A DNA stretch of 45,180 bases, taken from positions 1 to 45,180 of the IMG/VR virus record IMGVR_UViG_3300045988_132224. One strand, 5' to 3'. Both the position numbers and the translations under genes were made by a program. This document shows positions 13,491-22,767 of this stretch, one piece after another. Numbering within the stretch: position 1 is the first letter of the stretch; the number at the start of each line of letters is the position of its first letter. The DNA comes from a virus. The notes beneath the pieces are model-generated. The model had not been told where the DNA came from. It did no database searches and was given only the letters and a program-made list of their open reading frames with translations.

Positions 13491-14297
13491 TTACTTGGTG
13501 ATGGCTAAATAAAAGCACGTCCCAGACGAAATGCTAGCATCGTTGACAATTTGGATATACCCATCATTACTGCCAGTTGCTGATATAAAATGGTTCGAGT
13601 CCTTATTATCCCAGATTGATATGACATATCGTAATATACTAGCTGATACTGGTAGATTAATGTGATTCTGGCTATTGACCACTCCCCACTGTATAATTAG
13701 GCCGCCGCAATTCGGGCCAAAGCAAATGTAGCCATTTTGGTCCATTAGCCCAGTGATGCCCAGTCGATGATTTGTAAACTTTTTCCCGTCCCAGGTTACG
13801 TCTGCCCCCGTTGCAAGATTTGCAATCATCGTACCCAGTCTTGCAAGGGTTGCCGCCGGCGCTTCTTTCCAATCACTAGCCCCGGTAGCAGCCTTAATTC
13901 TGTTGGCCAGTTCAGACACTTGATTTCTAAGTGTATCAGTATCTGAGGTTGGAACTAGTGTATCTTTTATAGTTGACGTCATAGAACTGTGCGCATCGGT
14001 AGCTTCATTATGGGATTTTACTACTTCTTCGCCATTAGCCAAAATAGCTTTACCAAGGTTTGCCGTAATTGTTTGTACATCATTATCATTGCAGTCATAT
14101 CCTTTTCCCACGATGAAATCAGCGATGGCTTTACACATGGAGCTGACCTGGAAGTAAAGCTTATTATGCAACCGGGACAACGCAATCCCGGGGATAACGC
14201 CGCTTTGCCGCTGGGTAGCGTTTGCATACTCGCTGTCATTGAATGTATGTTCTTTCGTATGATCTTCGTTAAAAATCTTGAAATTGGTAGATGCCAT
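13491..14297 (-). CDS. Tail fibre protein (currently expressed tip variant D)
   Basis: ORF track. It is the last structural gene after baseplate J and the DUF2612-like gene. The C-terminal 66 aa begin QWG at S4. Confidence 0.75.
   Translation of the reverse strand: MASTNFKIFNEDHTKEHTFNDSEYANATQRQSGVIPGIALSRLHNKLYFQVSSMCKAIADFIVGKGYDCNDNDVQTITANLGKAILANGEEVVKSHNEATDAHSSMTSTIKDTLVPTSDTDTLRNQVSELANRIKAATGASDWKEAPAATLARLGTMIANLATGADVTWDGKKFTNHRLGITGLMDQNGYICFGPNCGGLIIQWGVVNSQNHINLPVSASILRYVISIWDNKDSNHFISATGSNDGYIQIVNDASISSGTCFYLAITK
13681..13692 (-). repeat. Crossover site S4: ACAGTGGGGAGT (minus strand), inside the tail-fibre gene
   Basis: actccccactgt on the plus strand. It encodes I-Q-W-G, 66 codons before the stop. 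Confidence 0.8.
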
Positions 14298-14312
14298 ATA
14301 TATTCCCTCCTA

Positions 14313-14963
14313 TTATCCCCATCGGCCCGAATCATATCCGGACAATCTGGACGTATCAGTATCATAAGCAAATGACATTTCGTCGCCTTGTTCAATCCAA
14401 TTCCCTTTATCGTATCCAGCAATGACGTCGTTTCCGGTGTCGTATCCGAAAACATGGTCATTTGCAAAGTATGCGTTTACGAGGACTGACTGCGGCTTGG
14501 GGATAATGTCTCCATTACGAATCATTAGTTGAGTAATTTTATCAAGCCCATTGGATATAATCACCACATCAATGGTCATATCTTGATTATCTTCAATTAA
14601 GATTGGAGTACCAAATAATACCTTCCATGTTGTTGCCAGATCTTGAATGCCGCCTTTCCACATATTTTTTGATATTTTAGCCATTAGTAATGAGCGGAAA
14701 TTCGCATTATCTAATATAGGATTTAAATTAAATTCAGGTTGATATCCTAACATTCGTGATGCACCGATAATCTCACCGAGCACATCTTCCTGCACACCAT
14801 CAGCATAATCCAGGTCAAAGTCATCATCGAGTTCAACTCCTAATGAAAAAATCTCGTTGCTATGTGAAAGGAGTGCTCGTACCATGCTCATGTATTTGGG
14901 TTTATCTCGATGTTCGCCGGTGATGAGCTTCAAGTAGTTATCGACAAATTCCATACCTATCAC
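14313..14963 (-). CDS. Baseplate/tail-fibre base protein (DUF2612-like by memory)
   Basis: ORF track; position after baseplate J. Overlapping ATGA-type junction. Confidence 0.55.
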   Translation of the reverse strand: MIGMEFVDNYLKLITGEHRDKPKYMSMVRALLSHSNEIFSLGVELDDDFDLDYADGVQEDVLGEIIGASRMLGYQPEFNLNPILDNANFRSLLMAKISKNMWKGGIQDLATTWKVLFGTPILIEDNQDMTIDVVIISNGLDKITQLMIRNGDIIPKPQSVLVNAYFANDHVFGYDTGNDVIAGYDKGNWIEQGDEMSFAYDTDTSRLSGYDSGRWG

Positions 14964-16129
14964 CCCGCCTCTGTTATTACAATACTGCCAATAGACGCGG
15001 CTTCATTATATGCAATCGCTACATCCATAACTCCGGGCGTTTCACCCTCTTTATTAATAGTGATGCCAGAAAGCGAAAAATTTGGCAATGTAGCATTAGT
15101 GACAGCTGCTGACACTGCAGTCAGGATGCCAGTAATCGTAACGTTATAACCAATATCCAAAGAATTGATATATTTATCAATGTTGCTCTTAAGTGTAGCC
15201 GCCACGGATGAAGTGTAACTCTTGCCAGGTTTAAGCTGGACATTTATATTAATGGGCACATACGTTGGGCGCGAAAATCGGACGATTGTTTGCAATCCAT
15301 CACTGTTGATGTAAGTCGTTGCGATTTCCCCGAAGGTCCCACCCCCAGGCCCTTTTCTTAAATATATTTGCTTAGCGATTTCGGCATCCGTGCCTCCCTC
15401 GACAATAGCGGCAATGGAATGCCCAGGGATACCGTTAGTATCTGTTTCATTCGTGTCGTTGTCATAAACTTTATACCGTGTCACACCGACGACGCTGGCA
15501 AGGCCGGCAATAGTACTATCCAGCATGTTCTGGCTCGGGATGGCCACACTCAGCATCTGCCGATAGCGCAGTTGTTCATCTGTTTCCACGGGGCGCCCAG
15601 GGATGGCCGCGTCGTTGTTTGTAACGGCTGTCCATCCCTTTTGCGGGTTGACGATTTTATTGATGGTCCCGGCGGCGGCTTCGATGGCACCCAATGGCAC
15701 ACAGGTAGCCGTTACTTGTATCGTGCTATCAGGAAGCACGATGTTTTCCGGCAATGTCCATTGATTACCGGATTCGTCTTCTACGACGCCTGCAGCAATG
15801 GATGTGCCAGCCGTCCCCGTCAAAGTGACTTCACAAGTGCTGTGGCTGGCTTCTTTTCGCCGGATCCCGTTCAATTTCACGAGGGAATCCAACCCCGTCC
15901 CGACTGCAGTCTTCGGGCTGTGGTTGTTGTATACAATCTGCAGGAGTTGCATCGTATCATACGTTTTTAGCGCGAATACCGATATCATCTGATAGTCCTG
16001 ACTGTCATTTTCCAGGTAGATGTCCTGCCCGTAAATGCTTTTAAATTGCTCGACCAAGTCGTCCCGAATATCGGCATATGTAGGGATATGCAGTCCGGCG
16101 TCGTCTATATAAGGTGCAGTATATGCCAT
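14960..16129 (-). CDS. Baseplate J-like protein
   Basis: Size, position, and the N-terminus MAYTAPYIDDAGLHIPTYADIRDDLVEQFKSIYGQDIYLENDSQDY are typical of the gpJ/gp47 family. Confidence 0.75.
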   Translation of the reverse strand: MAYTAPYIDDAGLHIPTYADIRDDLVEQFKSIYGQDIYLENDSQDYQMISVFALKTYDTMQLLQIVYNNHSPKTAVGTGLDSLVKLNGIRRKEASHSTCEVTLTGTAGTSIAAGVVEDESGNQWTLPENIVLPDSTIQVTATCVPLGAIEAAAGTINKIVNPQKGWTAVTNNDAAIPGRPVETDEQLRYRQMLSVAIPSQNMLDSTIAGLASVVGVTRYKVYDNDTNETDTNGIPGHSIAAIVEGGTDAEIAKQIYLRKGPGGGTFGEIATTYINSDGLQTIVRFSRPTYVPININVQLKPGKSYTSSVAATLKSNIDKYINSLDIGYNVTITGILTAVSAAVTNATLPNFSLSGITINKEGETPGVMDVAIAYNEAASIGSIVITEAG

Positions 16130-16483
16130 TTAGTTCATCACCTCGTTTACTTCTAGTGTTCCATACTCGGTATTCACGGCGGCATAAATGGATAAAGACC
16201 GGGTTTCATTATTCCAATCCGTATTCCAGGCGAGGATACCCGTAACATGGGGTGTTTGGGATATGCGGTCTTGGATTTCCCGCTCTGCCGCCGCTTTGTC
16301 GCGCTGGGCGATGATTTGTTGCCACAGCGGTAAGCCATCTTCTAGGTCTTCCCACCACTCATACTTAAGCAGTTTGAGCCGCGTGGAAATTGCCTGTGCG
16401 ACGGCCTCTGCTCCGGATAAGTAACAGGTCCCATTGGCCCCGAAGGTATAGTCACCATTCGCGTCTAATTTTCGGTATATCAT
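16130..16483 (-). CDS. Baseplate wedge protein (gpW/gp25-like)
   Basis: 117 aa, lying between the gpV-like and gpJ-like genes. Confidence 0.6.
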   Translation of the reverse strand: MIYRKLDANGDYTFGANGTCYLSGAEAVAQAISTRLKLLKYEWWEDLEDGLPLWQQIIAQRDKAAAEREIQDRISQTPHVTGILAWNTDWNNETRSLSIYAAVNTEYGTLEVNEVMN

Positions 16484-17079
16484 CCGTTAACGCCTCCTGT
16501 GCTGCTACCGCCTGATTCTACACCGCTATGGGTATGTCCCATAAAAGGCACGCCATCGATGGTGGTGCCACCACTCTGAATGTGGATGGCATCTCCAGCA
16601 ATTTCGATGTAGGCACTCCCGGAGGCATTGCGCAGCATGGCCGAGCCAGAGGAAAACCCTCCGACGACATTCGGCTGACTTCTAAAGCCGACGATGGCGA
16701 AGCCATCGGACAAATCATGTCGTCTGTGGTCCGCCTGATTCTGTACGCCGCCGTTCTGCCACCAGGCATCCATGCAAGAGTCCCCGAAAACGACCAGGCA
16801 TTCATCCCCCGGGGCCACGGGTAGGGTCAGGCAGTACCCGCCACCGGAATACACGAAGAAAGGGACGTCTGGCAGTGTAGGAATATCCACCCATTCCAAG
16901 TCCCCTTCGTGGTTCAGCTGTTCGCGGATGGCCAGCTGAACAGTGCAAGTTTGGCGGCCATAGTCCACGGATTGTATAATTCCCGGGGCCGCCACCCGTA
17001 AGTCAATACTAGCCGCATCGAGCGTGCGCCTGGCTATTTCTATTTCATCCATGGTCCGTTCGTTCGAATGGATCATCAC
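16480..17079 (-). CDS. Baseplate assembly protein V / central spike (Mu gp45-like)
   Basis: PGDECLVVFGDSCMDAWW...RRHDLSDGFAIVGFR and the Gly-rich C-terminus are typical. Confidence 0.7.
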   Translation of the reverse strand: MMIHSNERTMDEIEIARRTLDAASIDLRVAAPGIIQSVDYGRQTCTVQLAIREQLNHEGDLEWVDIPTLPDVPFFVYSGGGYCLTLPVAPGDECLVVFGDSCMDAWWQNGGVQNQADHRRHDLSDGFAIVGFRSQPNVVGGFSSGSAMLRNASGSAYIEIAGDAIHIQSGGTTIDGVPFMGHTHSGVESGGSSTGGVNG

Positions 17080-17091
17080 GATTCCCCCTTC

Positions 17092-18177
17092 CTATCGGAT
17101 GGACTGGCCTTTTGTCTTTGTCGCTGTCAACAGTCCCTGGCGGCCATTACGGCCAAGGCCGACGATATCCGTAGTCCACGTGTTCCCCCAGGTATCTCCC
17201 TGGTGTGCGACCGAGGCCACCTGGTATTCGCCATCTTTATCAAATTGATATTGCTGAGGCAGTTGGTTGTTTTTGCCACTCATGCTGGCGTCCAGTTTGA
17301 TGGCCTGACGCTGAATAATTTCATTGTCGATTTTTACGAGCACGCCGATTTTCAGGCGTGGATCTAACAGCGTTTTTATGTGGATACCGTTATCGCTATA
17401 TACAGGGGTCCCGACCAGTCCTGTAAGCGGCGTCAGTACCAGGCAGCGGTCGACCGGGATTTCGTCGTCTACTTTCTTTACGGTTAGTTTCCCGGCATCA
17501 TCTGTCCAGAAGTTGGCGCCATTCCCGACGCACAGGTCGCGCAGGTATTTTGTCGGCGTACCAAAAAGCACTTTCCCACGTGGGAGGGACCCGTTTTCAA
17601 GGTCCTTGCTGATTTCCCCTACGCCCACGGTCTTTTCCGATTCATTGGCGATGGTCCAGATTACATCGCGTGGGCTGCTGCCGGCGGCAACTGTGGACCG
17701 GATGTGATTGACGTCAAAGACGGAGCTGCTTCGTAAGGCGACGATTTCCAGCTTATAGTCAACGCCGTTCTCCCGGTTCCGGTACGCTTGAACGATATCC
17801 CCGGTAAAGATTTCGCCATATTGCCCTTCGGCATACCCACCTTCGATGCTGATTTGAAAACCTTCGGTCAAAATATCACCCTCGGTAACAGCATTGAGGT
17901 TGTATACAGCGAGCGTACATAGCGTGGTATGCGCCGACTCCAGCTTCTGTTCCGTCCTAAAAACGCAGCGGAAAGCAGACACATCGACAGCTGTGTCATG
18001 TTCGGTATCTCTGACCTTATTTCCTTTGTCGTCCTTTTTGTACGCCGGCTTGAAAATCGTTATTTTCCACTTCCGCCCATATAGGCGGCCGCGGCGGGTA
18101 TTGGCATCGGTCTTCGTCGTGGTGCTATCCCCCGTCGAAGAGGTTGTGGTCACTGTGACCTGTTGATTGTCAGCCAT
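17092..18177 (-). CDS. Baseplate hub protein (gpD / Mu gp44-like)
   Basis: The ATG at 18177 overlaps the upstream stop. The upstream part of ORF 17092..18306 is discounted. Confidence 0.55.
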   Translation of the reverse strand: MADNQQVTVTTTSSTGDSTTTKTDANTRRGRLYGRKWKITIFKPAYKKDDKGNKVRDTEHDTAVDVSAFRCVFRTEQKLESAHTTLCTLAVYNLNAVTEGDILTEGFQISIEGGYAEGQYGEIFTGDIVQAYRNRENGVDYKLEIVALRSSSVFDVNHIRSTVAAGSSPRDVIWTIANESEKTVGVGEISKDLENGSLPRGKVLFGTPTKYLRDLCVGNGANFWTDDAGKLTVKKVDDEIPVDRCLVLTPLTGLVGTPVYSDNGIHIKTLLDPRLKIGVLVKIDNEIIQRQAIKLDASMSGKNNQLPQQYQFDKDGEYQVASVAHQGDTWGNTWTTDIVGLGRNGRQGLLTATKTKGQSIR

Positions 18178-18496
18178 TTGTATCACTCCAAACCAGATAC
18201 CAGTCGGCTGTAAGCGTTTCTGCCGACGGCCATTGTTCTTTGACTTGCGTCCTGGGCAGCACATAAGCACTCCCAATTCCCATGTAGGCGAATTGCTCCA
18301 GGACATTCTGTGCGGGGACCAAAGGTAAGGCGCTGACTAGCATATTGCCGCCGTTGTCGCTGATGTCTATGAGCCAATATTTAGCCAGCTCGTTGTACGT
18401 AATGCGAAACAGTAACGTGATGTTGGCCCCGTCTACAGGGATTGTCGAGGAGAAGGAGTAGTTCGGCACAGCTACTAACGGAATTGCTGAATACAT
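18170..18496 (-). CDS. Tail/baseplate hypothetical protein
   Basis: ORF track; operon context. Confidence 0.55.
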   Translation of the reverse strand: MYSAIPLVAVPNYSFSSTIPVDGANITLLFRITYNELAKYWLIDISDNGGNMLVSALPLVPAQNVLEQFAYMGIGSAYVLPRTQVKEQWPSAETLTADWYLVWSDTNG

Positions 18497-18499
18497 AAA

Positions 18500-19294
18500 T
18501 TACACCACTCCTATCTTCTCGGCTCCGGCCTTGGCTGCCGTTTTATTCACGCCGTCACCGGTCTGTACCGGAGTCTGGCCACCGCTCGTCTGGGAATTGG
18601 TGGCCGCCGCCCGTGCACTCGTTTGGGTTTCCGCAGCTTCGGCATAAAAGATTTCTTGCATGCGGATAGTGCACCGGAAGGCATTTAGCGTCTTTACATC
18701 GTCCGGAGCGTTTATCTCCGTGATGATCATATTGTCGTACTGTTCGAGGCGGGTATCGACATGAATCGGTACGCGCGATATAAGCATGGCTTCCAGGGTC
18801 CGCCAAGTCATCGCCGCTCGTCCATCGCCTAAAATAGCTGGCGGCAGTTTGCAAAGGCTGGACAAGTTCTTATACATCATGACGGTCTGCGCCGCTTGGT
18901 AAATCGCATTTAGCAGCGGGTTCATCGACGTATAGGTATGCGTTTCGGCGTCGGACATCATCACGTCAATGGTCAGCTCTGCCGGCTCGATGATAGCGTG
19001 GTCGGTCATCTGGACTCCTGTTTGTACCGGGTACTGTGTCAGTTTGACCCGGCGCACGTGTTCGGTCTGCATGATACCGTCAAAGTAGACGCCGCCAATT
19101 GGCCATTTAGGCGTCCGGAACAGGAATTCCTGCAGGCCGCCCATACCCGTTGTGAAGTCCAGAATCTTATAATGGCCGGTCAGCTTGGCTATCTGCCGCC
19201 CGAATTCCGTGATTTCAAACGGCTCATCGCCGCGAATAATATCTCGAAAATACAAGGCTCCGTCAACCGAAAGCCCTTTCCCTACGACACCCAT
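18500..19294 (-). CDS. Tail protein following the tape measure (function not assignable)
   Basis: ORF track; operon context. Confidence 0.55.
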   Translation of the reverse strand: MGVVGKGLSVDGALYFRDIIRGDEPFEITEFGRQIAKLTGHYKILDFTTGMGGLQEFLFRTPKWPIGGVYFDGIMQTEHVRRVKLTQYPVQTGVQMTDHAIIEPAELTIDVMMSDAETHTYTSMNPLLNAIYQAAQTVMMYKNLSSLCKLPPAILGDGRAAMTWRTLEAMLISRVPIHVDTRLEQYDNMIITEINAPDDVKTLNAFRCTIRMQEIFYAEAAETQTSARAAATNSQTSGGQTPVQTGDGVNKTAAKAGAEKIGVV

Positions 19295-19307
19295 AATGTC
19301 TCGCCTC

Positions 19308-22133
19308 CTACACTAGATTTTGCCCGCCCGTCAATACGCGGTTCTTGTAGATGTACTGCCCGCGCCGTTGCAGGGCATCAATGGACTGGTCGGCCACGGC
19401 CCTCCCGATTTCTGCAGGGCTGGCGTTTGTCTGGGCTACATTGACGTCGCCGACGCTGACGTGATAGGTATTGTACGTATTATTCGTTGCCCCATAGTTA
19501 GTGATGCCTCCCTGGGAGCCCATCATACCATTCATCACCACTGGATCCACATTGCCCATCAGGTGGTTTGCGCCCATGGCCATTCTGCGAGAGTAATGGC
19601 GCAGATGCCGCAGAGAGTTTCCTGCGCCGACGAGAGAATTGTAGACTCTAAACGTCCCCTCTCCTTCAGGCTTAATTGTAATATCATAGTGGCCTTTGCT
19701 GATTTCATGTGACACATCTGCGTCAAACTGGCTGGCGACTTTATACAATATCTGTTCAGCTTGAGCGCTGATTTCATCGGAGATATCCACCTTATACCCA
19801 TTTCCATGAGAGTATGTCCCAGATGCGTGTCCGGGTTCTGACCCGCCGGTGATGGTAAAGGTGATGCCAGCCTCTCTCGCCGCCGCATTCAGCGCGTCCA
19901 GAAATGCGACCATATATTCCTGAAAATGGTTCGTATCGGTCCCGGAACTTCCACCGGAGTCGTCGTCCCAGTCGGTATCGCCATGAGCCGAGGACCATTT
20001 ACGCAGGTTGCTCTTCCCGAAGTCGCCGCTCCGTTCACCGGATTCACCGCCTGAGCTATCAGAATCACTCGACGGGATATGCTGCATGCCGCCCTTTATC
20101 CCGGCTACATAGTTTTCATAGCCATCTTCGAAGTATCCCTCTCGCTTTAATTTCGAGGCATAATCTTCAGGAGAGGTGGCGCCCGCGATGTATGGTCCCC
20201 AGATTCGGTTGAAGTAATTAGCGAATTCATCAATGGAGTTAAATGACATATATTCGCCATCTGTTCCCTTTAGTCCGGCCAGGTTGTTGTTCTCTTTCGT
20301 CAATCGGCTGGTGAATCCGCCCGTTTCGTGATACCACTGCCCATAGATAAGTTCCGGAGCAACGCCTCGTTCGGCTCCTATTTGCTGTGCTAAAGCCCAG
20401 GCCTGTTTTGCTACGGGCCCGCCTCCGCCGCTGGACGAATGCAGTGCTGCATAGGCCCCTTCGAAGTCACCTTTCAGCAGCGCCTTTATTGCACGACCGA
20501 CCCGGCCGAGCTTGTCGAGAACTTGGTCGATGACATAACCAAATACTTTCCCGAATTCTTTGACCGCGTGTCCGAGGTCCCGCCAGAAGTTTTTAAAGGT
20601 TTCGCTCCGAGTCATCATCTTGAGGAACTGGGCTGTTTTTTTTATGACCCATGCCACGGCGCGAATCATGGCCGTAATAATTTTTACAACAAAGCGTATC
20701 GCATCACGAAAAGCATATACTGGCTCTGTATCATCCATGTCATGGAAAAATTCGACCATGACGGTTTTTACCAGAGTTGCAATGGCGTCTATGAGCTCAA
20801 GCTGTGCATTAACCAGTTCAGCAATGGCATCGGCAAAATCGCGGACCGTTTCGGACTGTGCCGCTTCCTCAAGCCAGCCGGCCAGTACCTCTATGCAATA
20901 GGAAATCGCGTCCACCAATCCTAAAAAGATATGGTATAAGGTGTCCATGACTTCTGTGAATCGCTCCCCGCTTTCGTTGTGCGAAAACGCGTCTTCCAGT
21001 GCACGGATATTACCGACAAGGAGGTCAAAGATGCCATTAGCCAGGCTGTACAAAGCTCTGCCCAGACGTTCAAAGGTCTGGCAAAACTCTTCAAAGGCCA
21101 CAGAATTACGGACTTCGTCGGCGACACTAAGAATCCACATTCCCAGGTCCGCCATGGCATCTGCGCCTTTCTTGACATACTCGACAAACGTGTCAAGGAT
21201 TGGTTCGGCTGCATCAGCAAATTCGATGATTTTCTCTTTGGCCATCTCGATGAAATAATGCAACTTTTCCCAGTATTTCCCGAGAAGCGCGTCCTTCCCC
21301 TCGAAATAGCCGAAATAATCGTCGAGAAGTAAGAGCAGTGTGCTGACTACCGTAATCATGCGCCCCGTAGGGGACATTTTGATTAGCGCGAAAAATGCGG
21401 TCACGGCTGCCGTTGCGATTTTGATGCCCCGTGGGAACGCCATCCACATATCGTAAATGTTCGTGGTGAGTTCCTTGATGAAGGTCGCAAAATGAAGGCC
21501 AATATTGATAATATAAACCAGCGCTCTGGCGGCCTTTTCCGTCCAGACGCTCATGTTCCGGATGAACATATCGTTAAAGGACCGGAACTTGGCCTGTGCT
21601 TCAGACAGCGGCCGGTTCAGGTACTTCAGCAGATAATACCCCACCCAGGTCATGGCATAAGACACTTCCTGCTTCAGTCGAGTGAATTCAAACATGAGGT
21701 CGCGGAAACTGCGCATTGTCTGCGCAAAATCTCCGCCTACTTTCATGTTCTTACCGTCTGCAATCAGCTTCTGATACCGCTCCATGAGCTCCGGCGTAAT
21801 GGCAATGTCGTTGATGGATTCCCCAAGTGCGTCTGTGGCTTTCTTCATTTCCCAGGCTGCATCCTTGCTGACCATCATATTCCGGGCCAGCTTTTCCATG
21901 GCCAAGTCCTGGTCGGCTACGTTTTTCATCAGCCCTCCGACTGCCGTCGTGATACCTGCCAATGAGGCCGTTACTACACCGGCGGCCGCTGTAAATTCAC
22001 GCCGCCAGCCACTGGTCGCAGATTCGATAGTCCGGGTTGTTGTGTTTATGGTATTGTTGAGCTCATTGAACCCCGGCCGGTCGATTTTGACGCCCAGGCC
22101 GACGAGATATTCCTGAATAAGATTTCCTGCCAT
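19308..22133 (-). CDS. Tail tape measure protein with embedded peptidoglycan-hydrolase domain(s)
   Basis: Long helical protein. The ATG at 22133 is preceded by GGGGAGGAA and overlaps the chaperone-extension stop (TAATG). It contains the glucosaminidase-like block PELIYGQWYHETGGFTSRLTKENNNLAGLKG. Confidence 0.85.
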   Translation of the reverse strand: MAGNLIQEYLVGLGVKIDRPGFNELNNTINTTTRTIESATSGWRREFTAAAGVVTASLAGITTAVGGLMKNVADQDLAMEKLARNMMVSKDAAWEMKKATDALGESINDIAITPELMERYQKLIADGKNMKVGGDFAQTMRSFRDLMFEFTRLKQEVSYAMTWVGYYLLKYLNRPLSEAQAKFRSFNDMFIRNMSVWTEKAARALVYIINIGLHFATFIKELTTNIYDMWMAFPRGIKIATAAVTAFFALIKMSPTGRMITVVSTLLLLLDDYFGYFEGKDALLGKYWEKLHYFIEMAKEKIIEFADAAEPILDTFVEYVKKGADAMADLGMWILSVADEVRNSVAFEEFCQTFERLGRALYSLANGIFDLLVGNIRALEDAFSHNESGERFTEVMDTLYHIFLGLVDAISYCIEVLAGWLEEAAQSETVRDFADAIAELVNAQLELIDAIATLVKTVMVEFFHDMDDTEPVYAFRDAIRFVVKIITAMIRAVAWVIKKTAQFLKMMTRSETFKNFWRDLGHAVKEFGKVFGYVIDQVLDKLGRVGRAIKALLKGDFEGAYAALHSSSGGGGPVAKQAWALAQQIGAERGVAPELIYGQWYHETGGFTSRLTKENNNLAGLKGTDGEYMSFNSIDEFANYFNRIWGPYIAGATSPEDYASKLKREGYFEDGYENYVAGIKGGMQHIPSSDSDSSGGESGERSGDFGKSNLRKWSSAHGDTDWDDDSGGSSGTDTNHFQEYMVAFLDALNAAAREAGITFTITGGSEPGHASGTYSHGNGYKVDISDEISAQAEQILYKVASQFDADVSHEISKGHYDITIKPEGEGTFRVYNSLVGAGNSLRHLRHYSRRMAMGANHLMGNVDPVVMNGMMGSQGGITNYGATNNTYNTYHVSVGDVNVAQTNASPAEIGRAVADQSIDALQRRGQYIYKNRVLTGGQNLV

Positions 22134-22755
22134 TAGTGTTCCTCCCCGGCCTGCCGGCTCTGCCACTCATCAAAGCGTCTCTGGTTTTCCTGCTTGACGA
22201 GCATCATTTCGTGGGCGTCCAACAAATCGGTCAATGTGTACGTGCCATCCCACAACTCGTGCTGTTGCCACATACCGGCGATAACCGGCGCGTACACCCA
22301 CCCGTTTACATTTTGATATTCGCAAGGGACAAACCGCTGAGGCTCTTGCGCAATTCCGACAAGCCGTTTGCGGCGAAAAAATCGCCAATGTTAAAGATCA
22401 GTACGTTGACCGCCAGCAGCAATACAAGCGGGGTATTATCCTGCATGTCATTCAGCCCCCAGGTGCCATTCTCGTTGAATACCGGACGGTCGCCGGCCGG
22501 CAACGTTTCGTATACTACCGACAGGCAATCCTTCAGGAGCTTGGTAAATTCCTGTTTCGTCATGCTGGTGCGATTCTGAGGCAGTGTGTCCGACAAATTG
22601 CCCGCATTTTCGCCGGGAATCTGGTTTTCCATGCCACCTGGAAGGACCTTCTGCATGAGGGTGAAAAGGATGTAACTGCCTGTGAAGGCGTCAAACTTTT
22701 TAATTTTGAACTTGCGGTCGAAGAGCTCAACCGTCTTTTCTTTTGCTCTCTCCAT
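22133..22755 (-). CDS. Tail assembly chaperone, -1 frameshifted long (GT-like) product
   Basis: The -1 frame is open from just upstream of the slip site to the TAA at 22135-22133. It reads ...NVNGWVYAPVIAGMWQQHELWDGTYTLTDLLDAHEMMLVKQENQRRFDEWQSRQAGEEH*. Confidence 0.65.
22306..22755 (-). CDS. Tail assembly chaperone (short, G-like product)
   Basis: ORF track; lies between the tube and tape measure genes. Confidence 0.75.
   Translation of the reverse strand: MERAKEKTVELFDRKFKIKKFDAFTGSYILFTLMQKVLPGGMENQIPGENAGNLSDTLPQNRTSMTKQEFTKLLKDCLSVVYETLPAGDRPVFNENGTWGLNDMQDNTPLVLLLAVNVLIFNIGDFFAANGLSELRKSLSGLSLANIKM
22375..22381 (-). promoter_or_regulatory. Slippery heptamer T-TTT-TTC for -1 programmed frameshifting
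   Basis: gaaaaaa on the plus strand. In zero frame it reads GA(T TTT TTC), matching the X XXY YYZ pattern. Confidence 0.65.
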
Positions 22756-22767
22756 AATAACCTCCTA

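Noticed and set aside
19320-22116. Numerous 60-160-aa ORFs on both strands inside the tape-measure gene
   Set aside because: They are frame and strand shadows of a 940-aa gene with continuous coding signal, and none has an SD or motifs.
22170-22388. 72-aa ORF as the frameshift partner of the tail chaperone
   Set aside because: It is in the +1 frame and reads as Arg/Cys-rich noise. The -1 frame has a canonical slippery heptamer and a plausible sequence ending at the tape-measure start.
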